This document shows positions 37,518 through 50,600 of a DNA stretch of 64,000 nt, piece after piece. The notes beneath the pieces were generated by a model. That model ran no database searches. It was given only the letters and a program-made list of their open reading frames with translations, and was not told the DNA's origin. The translations under genes and the position numbers were made by a program. Origin of the DNA: Octopus bimaculoides (lineage: Eukaryota); NCBI RefSeq assembly GCF_001194135.2, contig NC_068982.1, positions 14,860,525 through 14,924,524 on the forward strand, in the 5' to 3' direction. How positions within the stretch are numbered: position 1 is the first letter of the stretch; every line of letters begins with the position of its first letter.

Positions 37518-38317
37518 ATATATATATATATAGCATGAAACTTTACATTACATGGAGCCAAATCAAACCATTTTAAATAATAATGTACTTAGCTCCTACT
37601 AAATGTGTGGAGCACCTCTTTCTTTCAATCATCCATTCACTTGTATGTATGTATGTATGTATATGTGGGGCTTCTTTGGATGTGTGTATGTACATATAAA
37701 TGGCCTGGTTAAGAAATCAGTGGTTTTTGTGTTTTCCCCAGCACCATACTCTATCCTTGGCTAAGACACTTTAGGCCATCTAGATCTATGTGAGTTATTA
37801 TTATCATTTAGTCCCAAGTCAGTTTCAATCCAGTGAACCTGTGATCAAAGGTGTTCTAACTTGACCATTTTTTCTCTATTTCACAAACACATTGTACCTT
37901 TGACTAAATTATTCAACATATCCTTCTTTCCTAAAAATGATGCCATTGGATTTGGCAGAAACTTTGCTGCTATTTGTTGCAGTACTTACTAGATATCAAA
38001 TAGATACTGTCTCACTGGTTCAATAGCTAAGTGGGTGCTAGAGTGAACTGGGGTGAGATATAATTCACCACTGTACGCCATAGCCACCCTGTAGAGGAAT
38101 CAACAGGCCAGTGTATAAAGCCACTGTGCTACCAGCCCAAATAGATATTAATGTCACATCTGCTTAACTCTCTAAAAGCCAGAGCTGAACACTAACTCTA
38201 TGGATCTCAGTATTTGAGAAAGAAAAGCTTCATATGCAAATAACATTTTGCATATTTCTATATTTGTGTAATATTTTCCTATATACAATAGTGTATTTCT
38301 GTGTGATGATTGTTGTT

Positions 38318-38757
38318 GTTGTTGGCACTCCGTCGCTTACGACGTCGAGGGTTCCAGTTGATCCGATCAACAGAACAGCCTGCTTGTGAAATTAACGTAC
38401 AAATGGCTGAGCACTCCATAGACATGTGTACCCTTACCGTAGTTCTCGGGGATATTCAGCGTGGCACAAAGTGTGACAAGGCTGACCCTTTGAATTACAG
38501 GCACAACAGAAACAGGAAGTAAGAGTGAGAGAAAGTTGCGGTGAAAGAGTACAGCAGGGTTCGCCAACATCCCCTGCCGGAGCCTCGTGGAGCTTTAAGT
38601 GTTNNNNNNNNNNCAGCAGGGTTCGCCAACATCCCCTGCCGGAGCCTCGTGGAGCTTTAAGTGTTTTCGCTCAATAAACACTCACAACGCCCGGTCTGGG
38701 AATCGAAACCGCGATCCTATGACCGCGAGTCCGCTGCCCTAACCATTGCGCCTCCAC
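38318..38757 (-). mobile_element. SINE family C1, young, CpG-rich (probably one of the published octopus OR/OK-type SINEs; unverified)
   Basis: Minus head GTGGAGGCGCAATGG…GGTTTCGATTCCCAGACC; 3' half shared with family C2. The duplication around the gap at 38604-38613 is an artefact. Confidence 0.9.
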
Positions 38758-39494
38758 TGTGTGATGATAAAAGTAGTGAAATAAGTATTCATAATATACT
38801 TGGGATAATGCAGTCAACTGTGCATGATTCCCTGTAGAATGTTGATCTAGTGTATTGTCAAATTAAATCATTGTTGAATTCTAGAATTCTAAATCCCCTA
38901 GCTTAACACAATTTCCTCTTTGTAGTGTTAATATGAGCCTTAATATAAATCTCTATATTTATGTGCATATAAGATCATGTAAGAACACAGCCAAGCAACC
39001 ATGTGAAGTAGCTAATATAACAAAATACCCTCAAAGCAGAGGATTAAGTGTTGTGTGTAGAAGGTGGGTTGAGAAAGAAGGAGATTATGTAGTTAATCCT
39101 TTCTGTATTTTATGTTTGATTTCCTTTTTCATATGGATTTTAAGTGCCAGATGATAATTTTTTTTTTTTTTCTTTTAATATCAAACCATTTATAGATACT
39201 TTCTTAGTAAGTACCCAATGTTGATGAGGTGAATAACAGACCTAAAACTTCTGAGGTCATCAACTGCATGGTACTATGCTATTTATAACTCCTGAGAGTC
39301 AACTAATAGACAAACAGATGGGGGTCACATACAAGTTATAGTACTTAGCATTTCATTACTCATCACTGTTATAAAAACAAAATATGAAACATTGTTAAAT
39401 ACCACTGTGTATTAAAATGAATCCAGTTAACGGAAATAAAAGCTAAATGCACTCCACTTCCTAGAAAATTGCATGATTAGTGGCAGTGTTAACT

Positions 39495-39830
39495 TGTATC
39501 TGAGTAATAGATAGATAATCTGTGATTGAGCATCTACATCTTGATGGGTGCGAGGCCAAGGGTGGTATAGAAGAGTTGGGGACATTTATCACCGGGGAGA
39601 GCTGGTGAGGGATAAGAAAGTGCAAGTCGCTCTTTGTGTCTTTGATGTCTGCTCTCTGTGTCATGACGTTAGTTTTTTCACCAGTCTGTTCCCTCGATAA
39701 AGACATGCTGACACTCAGGGAGATCCTTGGTGATTGTCTCCCAGGTATTTGGGTCACTAGAGCAGCAAAGGAGAGTGGCCTTCAGTTGGTCTCGGAAAAG
39801 GAATTTGGGGGCTCCACATGGTTGAGATAC
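39495..39830 (-). mobile_element. Decayed RTE (BovB-like) ORF2 C-terminus
   Basis: Minus: CGAPKFLFRDQLKATLLCCSSDPNTWETITKD…ESRHQRHKER…DKCPQLFYTTLGL resembles GGQKKRFKD.LK…DP..WE.LA.DR…C..C.R.F.SRIGL; contains stops. Confidence 0.7.
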
Positions 39831-40047
39831 TAATATATTTAAGTTAAAAAACATTCATTGCAATAGGACATTGTATAATCTATAAATTGTGTTTCCCATT
39901 TGTTAGTTATGGGGCTGAAACCTTATCCTAATATTCTTCCCCATGTCCAGTTAGTTGCAAAAAACTAAAGTTCTCTTCTGAATGTTTTTTGTATAACCTG
40001 TAACTAGTTGATACATGTCTGCATGTAAAAATAATGATTTTTACCAT

Positions 40048-40247
40048 TTAACCCTTTGGCATTTAGATTACTCACTCAAATGTAATGCTTATTCACATTG
40101 TTTTCGATTAATCATGCATTATCTGTTAGCTTCAAGATTTCAATGATGTGATTGTTTAATTTCAGAATAACATCGTAGGGTAGGTGTGAGAGGTCAGATC
40201 TGGTCAATTTGAACATAAAAAAGGTAAAATATTTGGGCTGGGGTTAA
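40048..40247 (+). mobile_element. MITE family D
   Basis: TTAACCCTTTGGCATT … GGGTTAA. Confidence 0.82.
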
Positions 40248-40442
40248 ACATTTTTTATGATAGGTAAATCAGTTTCATTTTTGAATTTGTGTAATTTACA
40301 GTCAACAATGAACAAAATTGATTTATCAGTGTTTATTAATCATCATGTTTTTAATCATCTAATGCTTCTTTTAAAATATTGGTAGGAGTTGTGAAATTCT
40401 AAGGAATAACAATAACAACCCATAATAGTGGAAAAAATAATG

Positions 40443-40482
<40 letters not shown>

Positions 40483-41821
40483 TATATATATTGATATATA
40501 TTATTATTGTTGTATGACTAGTTTAAACTGATACAACAAAAAATATCTACAGATCACAATAAAATTCATTAGACAGTTGTCATATTTTAATATAAGATAA
40601 ATGTTGAATCTCCTGGCATCATTCACAAGTATATGAGAATAAGTTCAGACAGAATTAGTGAGATTTTGAACCAAATCAGAACAAAATAAATTTGAAGTTT
40701 GAACAGAACAATGAATTCCCCACTGATGTTCTCTACAGGGCAGCTGTATTTTATATTCGTTAACATTGTCATTTTAATCAGACCATTTAGCATTGATTGA
40801 GGAAGCTGTACTCATTCATTTTGTTTTGCCTTTCATTTTCATTGTTTACAAGTGCAATCAAAGTTGATTATATTTCTAGTTAAAGGAACAAAAATCAATA
40901 ACAGTTGATTTGATCAGCTAATAAAGATCAGTTAATGAACCCAATTAATAAACATTAAATGATTAACATGGTGAATAGGTATTATAATATGAATAATATT
41001 GGCAAATATAAACACATTCATGCTCAATAATGGTGTTATTCAACCATGGAAACTAAATTGCTGCCGGAACATTCCTTTGATGCTGGCTTTTAAAATTCTT
41101 TTGCCATCATATTTCTTTCTGACTTGTTTACAATAATTTTTTGTAAATAGTGTGGAATAGTTTGTGGGGATTTAGTTAAGATAAAACTTTTTAACTGGTA
41201 TTCAGAGTTGATAGAAATTTCTGATATAAAATTATATAAAATCATGATAAAAAGATTTAATTGACATATGTGTTCTTTAAAATGAGAGCTTTTGTTTAAT
41301 AAAGTAGATAGAGGTGGTTGATCTCAGATGGTATGGTATCGTATCAAACGGCTTCTTGTTTGTAGCTGATGTCTCTAACAATGCTAAATATACTGAGGCA
41401 GTAGCTATGGCTGGAAGTATAATACTTAATTTTTCTGTGTAGTTCTTCTTACTACCATCTCTTGAGCGTTGTAATCAGATGTGGGGCAACTACTGTAACA
41501 CATTTCAGTGCAACAGCTCTGAAATGTCATCCAATACTGTGCAACACAGATGGTAAAGCAACAGACCAAGCAAACAGCCAATCAAGACAAGAAAGCATCG
41601 TTTTCTTTATTATCCTAGGAAATAACATGCTGTTGGATCTTCTCCATAAGAGAATAATGAATGAGAATTCTTTGTATTGTTTGTGTATGGATTTTAAGAA
41701 ACCTGGAGCTACAGAGTCTTTTCAACTCAGTCCTGTTGGCATACACAGAAAAATGCATATAACCTTTTGAATTTCTACAGTTCATTGTCATTTATCTTTA
41801 ACTAGTTTAATTTAATTCAAC

Positions 41822-42531
41822 TGACATTCTGTCAGTTACAAAAAGGGTTCCAGTGGATTCAATGAACGGAACAGCCTGCTTCTGAAATTAGTGTGCACTT
41901 GGTTGAGCACTTCATAGATATATGTACCCTTAACATAGTTCTCAGAGAGATTCAGCATAACACAGAATGTGACAAGGATGGCCCTTTAAAATACAATACA
42001 GATGCTACTCATTTTTTGCCAGCTGAGTGGACTGGAGTAATGTGAAATAAAGTGTCTTGCTCAAGGACACAATGCACTGCTGGGTATTGAACTTGTGACC
42101 TTACAGTCATGAACCAAATACCTTATCCACTTGACCATACACCTTCACTCTAATCTAATTCGTGGCACTCTGTCAGTTAGTTGCAACAACAAAGGTTCCA
42201 GTTGATCCAATCAGCGAAACAGCCTGCTCATGAAATTAACATGCAAGTGGCTGAGCACTCCACAGACACATGTACCCTTAATGTAGTTCTTGTGAAGATT
42301 CAGCATGTGACAAGACTGGCCCTTTGAAACACAGGTACAACGGAAATAGGAAGAAAGAGTGAGAGAAAGTTGTGGTGAAAGAGTACAGCAGGGTTCAACA
42401 CCATCCCCTGCCGGAGCCTCTTGGAGCATTAGGTGTTTTTGCTTAATAAACACTCACAATGTCTGGTCTGGGAATCGAAACCGTGATGCTGCAACGATGC
42501 TACCCTAACCACTGGGCCATTGCGCTTCCAC
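41822..42531 (-). mobile_element. Tandem C2 (~41822-42145) and C1 (~42165-42531) SINEs
   Basis: Shared tail GGTTCCAG(T)…GTACCCTTAA… with two different heads. Confidence 0.85.
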
Positions 42532-42999
42532 TTTAATGTAATTATATATAGGTTGAATATCTGTAATTTCTTTATACCTTGAGTGTAGCTTTTGTATGGT
42601 TACCTCTCAATCTTTATTGCAGAATAATCATGGAAATTATAATTCCTTTTAGAAAAATGAGCATTATGTATATGTTCTCTCTCATGAAATGTTAAGTTAG
42701 TATCTTATCTTGGTAAATAGTCATAAATCTATTGTGAAGAGGGAATGAGATTGTATGATATTCATGCCTTTCTCTTTCTCTATCACTGATATTAGGAGGG
42801 TTAGTGAATTCGGTTAGTTTCAGCTGAGAACTTGAACCATCTGGCAAATTCATTTAGCATAGGACTTCTCCTTTCTTTACAACAACACTTACTATTCATA
42901 AAATGTAAAATTCAAATGTTGTTGTTGTTGTTCTTGTTCTTGTTTAACCCCAGGTCAACCCTGATTGAGCAGACTTACAATAAAATGCACTCCAGTCTA

Positions 43000-43178
43000 T
43001 TCTTTTATTCTTTTACTTGTTTCAGTCATTTGACTGTGGCCATGCTGGGGCACTGCATTTAGTCGAACAAATTGACCCCAGGACTTATTCTATCAGTCTC
43101 TTTTGCCGAACTGCTAAGTTACAGGGGACGTAAACACACCAACACCAGTTGTCAAACGATGGTGAGGGGACAACACAG

Positions 43179-43248
<70 letters not shown>

Positions 43249-43412
43249 GACGGGCTTCTTCCAGTTTCTGTCTACCAAATCCACTCACAAGGCTTTGGTC
43301 AGCCCAAAGCTATAGTAGAAGACACTTGCCCAAGGTGCCACATAGTGGGACTGAACCTGGAACCAGGTGGTTTGGAAGCAAGCTTCTTAAGAATACAGCA
43401 ACTCCAGCACCT
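43000..43412 (-). mobile_element. SINE family A
   Basis: Reverse complement of the 7541 structure. Confidence 0.9.
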
Positions 43413-43951
43413 ATTGTGTGAACTTCCCTTTTTTAAAAGGTGATAGGGTGTGATTTGAGAGGAATTTAGCTGCTATTTCTAGAAGGTCGGGCATCTGTGT
43501 GGAAGCTCCACATCAGTTTCATAAACTGAGAGTCAACTAGTTTATTGCATCTGTGGCCTGTTACAAAATCATCTAAACTGAAATCTGTAAAGAAACTATT
43601 TTCTCATTATATTTCAAAACAAAAATATACCAAAATATACCACTAACTAGATTACAACAATCATTATATCAAGACTGGAATATTAACAGGTTTTATTTCC
43701 TGTTGATTCCTAGATTAAGTATTTTGTTCATTCTTCATCAAGATATGAAATCTATTGTTTCTTGATATATTCTCCGTACAAAAGCTTCAGTTTACAATTT
43801 ACTTTATTTTGTTATTTCATTGTTCATTACCAAACTTTTTATATCTTTTAACTAACTTCAAAGCTATTTCCTGTATTTTAAGTTTTCTATAGTTTATATA
43901 TTTTTGTTATTTCTTTCTCTCTCTCCCTCTCTCTTTCTTTCCATATATATG

Positions 43952-43984
<33 letters not shown>

Positions 43985-44531
43985 ATACTTTTAGTCACTT
44001 GATCTCTTTTTCCTCTTCATTGCATTTTAATTTTTGTTTCACTTTCACTTTCTCCGTGCTCTTTGTCTTTATCTTTTAACCCCACCCCACCTCATTCATT
44101 CCCTTAAACACTATGCATGCACACACTGACACATACACACACACACACACACATACACACGTGCGTACACTTTAATATCCACTCACTCAATTATTTTCTT
44201 AATAGCTCTCCGAACATATGTAAATAAAAAAATCAAGCAATACAGTTGTAATATAAAATACAGAATAGATATATAAAAGCAGTTAAAAAGAATACTATTT
44301 TTTGTTCCTATCATTTGACCTAACTTTGTACTACAGCAATTTATATGCTATTACATGCTTGATAAACATTTCAGCAGTCTTCGCTTAATATTGATAATTT
44401 TCCATTATAATGCAACTGAGAATGAAAGACTTGTTAATTTGAAGAATGGAGAGGAGGAACAGAATTAAATATTACTAAACATTCTTTTATGTATTGTACT
44501 TGTACTTGTTGTTGTTGTTGTTGTTGTTGTT

Positions 44532-44907
44532 AAGGCAGTGAACAGACAAAATGCTTAGCAACGTCAGTTCTTACATTCTGAGTTCAAATTCCACTGAGGT
44601 CAATTTTGCTTTTCCCACTTTCCAATAAGTACCAGTTGACCACTGGGCCCCCTACCCCCAAAATTTCAGGCCTTGTACCTATAGCAGAAAGTGAGATGGC
44701 AGAATTGTTATCACACTGGACAAAATTCTTGCTAACACTTTTCCCACCTTAACGTTTTAATTTCCAATTCCACCTAGGTCGACTTTGCCATTCATCCTTT
44801 TGGGAGTCAATAAAATAAAGAACCAGTCAAGCACTGGGGTCGATGAAATCAACTAGTTCCCTCCCCCAAAATTTCAGGTGTGGTGCCTATAGTAGAAAGA
44901 ATATTTA

Positions 44908-44944
<37 letters not shown>

Positions 44945-45148
44945 TTAAGGCGGTGAGCTGGCTGAGTCGTTAGCATGCCAGGCAGAATACTAAGCTACAT
45001 TTCATCTGTCGCTACATTCTGAGTTCAAATTCCGCCGAGGTCGACTTTGCCTTTCATCCTTTCAAGGTCGATAAATTAAGTATCAGTCAAGCACTGGGGT
45101 TGATGAAATCGAATAACCCCCCTCCCCCTTGTACCTTCAGTAGAAAGG

Positions 45149-45240
<92 letters not shown>
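44532..45240 (+). mobile_element. Three tandem family B SINEs with long (ATT)n tails
   Basis: TTAAGGCGGTGAGCTGGC…CTGAGTTCAAATTCCGCCGAGGTCGACTTTGCCTTTCATCC units at ~44532, ~44695 and ~44946. Confidence 0.88.
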
Positions 45241-46265
45241 CATTATAAATCTTGAATATTTAATAAACTGTCTGAATGCAATACAGAATAATGAAATAAA
45301 ATTGCAATTCTGCTGCCAAAGATTATTAAGTCTGCCAAGTTTCTCAGCATGATAGAAATACATACATATATATATTCATATATAAGATCTGCTAATAGTA
45401 ATAGAAGAAGTAGTGAAAGTAAAAGAATGGTTTCTGCACATGATTGTAACTGTGTATAACACTTGACATTTCACTTGTATTTTAACCAATATTCATGAAT
45501 TGGTGAAACCAGATTCTCTTACTTGTTAAAAATCATTGAGTTTAGCAAGTTGAATTACAATAGCTTGTATGGCGTAGTTATTTATTTACCTATTTTTATT
45601 ATTGTTATCCGTAACATTACTCAATATTAGTTGGAGTATCTACCTGCATAATCAAAATGTTAATAAAGTGGATAAAAAAATACACACACACATACACGCA
45701 CTCATATATTCATACACACATGCACACACAAATGAATAATTCTTCTTAGTTTCTTATGTTCATCTAAGTAAGAAATATGATGTTATGTTTGACTATTCTT
45801 ATGTCGCAAAAGAAAAATATAACGGTAATGCCATTAGTGAAATTCTACTTAAGTTCTTCTAGCGGAACATTATGGTGGTTAATTAACAAATATTTTTTTT
45901 TTTTACGCGTAAAAATGTTTAACATTATGGAGTTTATCTGAGAAATTTTATTTTGATATGGTTGGTTTTTTTTACATGTGAATTTTTGAAATTTTTATTT
46001 AAAAAAATTTTCTTGTTTCTTTATTTCATGAGCTAAGCTGTTTCATATATATATATATATATATATATTGTTTAAANNNNNNNNNNTATATATATATATA
46101 TATATATATATTGTTTAAAAAAGAAAAAAAACATTTATTAGTAAACAAAAGTGGTACAGCCCCTTTTAAGTTGAGGAAGTTTGAATTTGTGTTTTTTTAA
46201 TTGAGTTAATTGCAGGTCCTATAATTACTGTTATGTGATTGCGTTTTTGAGAGGATTTTACTCAC

Positions 46266-46551
46266 CGATACAGTTTGCGTAACCATTCTGTCTTGAATTA
46301 CGATATTAGATTAGGCAGGACTTGAGCTGTGCTGGAATATTTCTCTTTGCAAAAGAAATAAACTTAAGTTATTGATGTGTTTTTTCCTTTTGTTTTTTTT
46401 TTATTGTTGTTGTTGTTTCTATTGATAGTAAAGATACAAAAACAACAGCCGCAGTAGCAGTGGTAATCACAGGAGGGAGGCGGAGGGGTTTATGTAATTT
46501 GCAGTTGTAGTAGTTCTTTTAATGATTCCTGTGCACTCTCTGCTGGTAAGA
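46266..46551. promoter_or_regulatory. Candidate divergent promoter with flanking first exons
   Basis: Minus donor TCG|GTGAGT after 46266 (short frame MVTQTVS, phase 0); plus donor CTG|GTAAGA at 46546; GC-box-like GGGAGGAGGCGGAGGGG at 46472-46488; unique sequence. Confidence 0.3.
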
Positions 46552-47398
46552 TGAATACCTTTTTAATGTCACTCATATTCTCTGTTAATCCTTCTTCCCA
46601 AATATGGCTTCTCTAAATATAGAACTTTTTCACTCTGCTTACTACAGTTCTTTCATAGCTGCTGCCGCCATAATTTTTGCTGTACCAACTACTTTTCACA
46701 GCAACCCCTGAAGCACTGCTAACTTTGTACCAATCATTTAGAAATAAGTTTTGAATACCCATCTGTTCTTTACTTCCATAATGAATTCACCTACTGTGGT
46801 TTTGAATAAATGCTTTATTTAAGATTCTCAAGGAAAGAAAAAGAAAAAAAGGTCCAGTAATTTGCACTAATTATCTCTTATATCTTCACATGTTTTGGCC
46901 TTTTGGCACCATTTATTTGTATTGTTATTAGTCAAAGACGTAATACATTTACTTATTGAGTGTCCAAAAATAAGCATTTTCAACTTATAAACAATAACCC
47001 TGTTTTATTTAGTTTTTATTCTTTGTTTATAAAGGGTTTTATATTTACGTTTCCCATTATTAAACAGAAAACAAAAGCTTTCTCCTTTATAAGGTTACAA
47101 TCAACAATGTTTTAAGAATTCTATTGTGTAGATATCAAGACAATAAACATTTCAAGATGTGACCAGAATATATTGGAGGTGTCATTTGAATATCTCTCTT
47201 AAGTTTAGACTGAATAAAAAATTTGTTTATATAGGATTTTGTGATTTTGTGATAAATTCTTATGGACAACTTGTTTTGAAATTATAAAAATATATAACAG
47301 CAATTTTAACATTTTATTTACTTCTTAAGTTTGAGGATAAAATTTTATTTAAATAAATAGATAAATAAAAATACATTTTGTGAAAATTTTATGTACTT

Positions 47399-48205
47399 AT
47401 TTGGCAAGTGTCTTCTACGATAGCAGTAAGGCTGACCAAAGCCTTGTGAGTAGATTTAGTAGGTGGAAACCTGTTATATAAATGTGTGTGTGTGTGACTT
47501 TGTGTCTGTGTTTATCCACACCACTGCTTGACAACTGGAATTGATGTTTACATGCCCATAACTTAGTGGTTCAGTAAAATAGTCTAATATTAAAAGTACT
47601 GGACTTTGAAAAATAAGTGCTGGGATGATTCATTTGCTTAAAAATTCTTCAAGGTGATGCTCCAGCATGGCCACAGTCTAATGACTGAAACAAGCAAAAG
47701 ATAAAAGACATTGTATGAAAATATTTTAAATTAGTTATACAAAGCCGTTAACTATTTGGATAACTCTGATTTTCTTGAATTCCAAAAAGGAAATAAAAGT
47801 ACATTTTCTTTTCATTAATTCTTTACTCTTTTACTTGTTTCAGTCATTTGACTGCAGCCATGCTGGAGCATCGCTTTTAGTCGAACAAACTGACCCCAGG
47901 ACTTATTCTTTGTAAGCCTAGTACTTATTCTATCAGTCTCTTTTGCTGAACTGCTAAATTACAGGAACGTAAATACACCAACATCGGTTGTCAAGCGATG
48001 GTGGAGGGATAAACACAGACACACAAACACACACACACACATATATATGATGGGCTTCTTTCAATTTCTGTCTCCCAAATCCACTCACAAGGCTTTGGTC
48101 GGCCCAAGGCTATAGTAGAAGACACTTGTCCAAGGTGCCACACAGTGGGACTGAACTCAGAACCATGTGGTTGGTAAGCAAGCTACTTATCACACAGCCA
48201 TGCCT
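47399..48205. mobile_element. Convergent family A pair: 47399-47705 (+, 5'-truncated) and 47822-48205 (-)
   Basis: The two tails are reverse complements about 115 bp apart. Confidence 0.88.
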
Positions 48206-48571
48206 ATGCCTCATAAACCTCAAGAAATTTATCTCTGACAACTTATGCAACTGGAAGTAATATGAAATCACTGAACTAATGTGAAATTACTGGAAAACAG
48301 AGCAATATCTGTGCAAGTTATTTCATTATTGTCATCTTTGCTATTGCAACCATCCTCAAAATCCTTGGTATTTACTAAAAAATAATGAAAATGAGTTTTT
48401 TAAAAGAATTTTTGCTGGCATAATATCCATTTTATATCATAACTTTATCTTTCATACTTCAGTCTCTTGTTTTCTTGCACAAACACATTGTCTCTGATCT
48501 AAAGAGGTGAGATGAAAGAATGGGATTATGAGATAATCATGCCTTTCTAAATGAGAACTAAAATAAAATAT

Positions 48572-48775
48572 TCTTTTCTACTCTAGGCACAAGGCCCGAA
48601 ATTTGCGGGGAGGGGCCAGTTGATTAGATCAACCTCGGTATGCAACTGGAACTTAATTTATTGACCCTGAAAGGATGAAAGGCAAAGTTGACCTCGGTGG
48701 AATTTGAACTCAGAACATAAAGACAGACGAAATTCTGCTAAGCATGCTAATGATTCTGCCAGCTCACCGCCTTAA
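48572..48775 (-). mobile_element. SINE family B
   Basis: TTCTACTCTAGGCACAAGGCCCGAAATTT…CTCACCGCCTTAA. Confidence 0.9.
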
Positions 48776-49629
48776 ATGAAATAAAATATTGACAAAGGAT
48801 CAATACTATATTAGAGAATTTGCTTGCCAGGAGAAATGTATTTTCTGTGCAGTGTTTAACATTAAAATTTCAAATACCATTCTCTACATTGGTGAATCTT
48901 ACATAATATATTCTCAGTAGTTAAAGGGGGCTAATTTCATATACACTAGATTTTGGTTTCTTGACTAAATCTATGATAAACATCTAGAATTGTGAGATCT
49001 TTTACATTACTAAATGATTTGTTTATTTTTTATATACAATTAAAACAGTATTTTTTTTTATATATAAATTTCAATGCGATTACAAGATTTTTATGACTAT
49101 TTAAATTAAGTGCAGTAATTTCAACAATTTGTCAAACTGGCTCTTAAATATTTTTTGATTGAGAACATTTTTTAAAATTAAGGACCAAGTAATTAAAGTG
49201 TATTTTAAAAAGATGATTTAAGAATTTTTTTTTTTTTTTTTTTTGATAGTCTATAATCTATTCTGAAGTAAAATCAGTCACTTAGGTTGCTTTTTTTTTA
49301 CGAAGTTCACAAATTAGGAGGATAAGTTTAAATAAAGTGGAATGTCTAGAACACTAATATTTTGTGCAAAGAAATTCTATACATGATACACCATGATTCT
49401 TGTCTAACATGGAATTTGAACTTATCCAAATTTTTGAAATTAAATCAATGGAAAGATTTTATAATTCAAAAGATTAAAAAAATCTTTTTCATTTCAAACA
49501 GAAATTTCAACTCGGATTCAAAATAATGATTTCTAATAAAAGCACAGGACCACAAATTTGAGGGGAGAGTAAAGTTAACTAAATCAACACAGTGTGTCTA
49601 CAACTACATTATTTCATGTATCTTCTTGT

Positions 49630-49811
49630 TTAACCTTTTAGCATTCAGATTACCCTGTCGTAATGCTTATTTATTCACATTGTTTTAAATTAATCGGATG
49701 TTACCACATCGCTTCAAGATTTTGATCATGTGATTGTTTATTTTCATAATGACATTGCAGGGTAAGTGTGAGAGGCTAGATCTGGCTTAAGTCAGATATG
49801 GTCAGGGTTAA
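49630..49811 (+). mobile_element. MITE family D
   Basis: TTAACCTTTTAGCATT … GGGTTAA. Confidence 0.8.
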
Positions 49812-50530
49812 AGAAGGTTGGATATGATATAAAATACATTTCATTGCTACTGTTTTGGGATTGATAAATATACTGCCAAATCAAATACTGGATTGATTTA
49901 ATCCCAGTAAGATCTCTGGAACTGTTTGATAGTAACCAATTATTTTTCATAACATGCCCAGCCTTAAAACAAGAATACACATTAAATAATGATGTCTTAG
50001 ATACACTGTGGCAATTTAAATGATCTTACCTTTCCTCAAAAATGTGGGCCTTGTCAGGCATTAGAATTTTTAAATCTAGAGAAATCCTTTTTTTTCTTTT
50101 TCTAACTTGCTTCAGTCATTAGACTACAGCCAATGCTGAGGCATTGTTTTCCAATTTTTTTAATTATTAAATTTTTCCTTCAATTATTACTTATTTAGCT
50201 AGGTTCCAGATCTGTTTGGAAAGAGGCAGAGCTATAAGAAATTGAATCAACACCTGTGTAAATCTGGTACCTGTTTTATCAGTGGCCGAAAGCCAAATCC
50301 AATTCACTGTGGTGGAATATAAATTAAGACTATTGGAGAACAAATGAAATATGTTTGAACACAGTGTTCTGTTGTGTCTGCCAAATCATTTATACTGAAT
50401 TTAATCATTTAATGTCATTTCCCATCAATTTCTTGCACTCAAGTAAATCCATCGATCACAACTGTAATGCATGTCATAAACAAATAAATCACACATTGTA
50501 CAGCTTCCAGAAATATTTACATAAATTAAA

Positions 50531-50600
50531 CCAGTGATTCTCAAACAGTGCACAGTGGTATCTTGGTGTGTCACATTGGAATACCTAAATATTCCTCAAA
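50531..50600 (+). mobile_element. Possible hAT-type TIR fragment (similar start at ~55534)
   Basis: CAGTGATTCTCAAAC resembles CAGTGGTTCTCAA(A/C)C hAT/Charlie termini; no partner TIR found. Confidence 0.3.

Noticed and set aside
38553-38664. Apparent ~50-bp tandem duplication in a C1 SINE
   Set aside because: Copies flank a 10-N gap, indicating unmerged contig overlap; same pattern at 46077-46086.
38690-38757. tRNA gene-like sequence (also 34800-34860 and other heads)
   Set aside because: Continues into SINE bodies and lacks a complete acceptor stem; these are SINE heads, not tRNA genes.
39461-39833. GC-richer ORFs that look like a host exon
   Set aside because: A third frame reveals an RTE ORF2 C-terminus.
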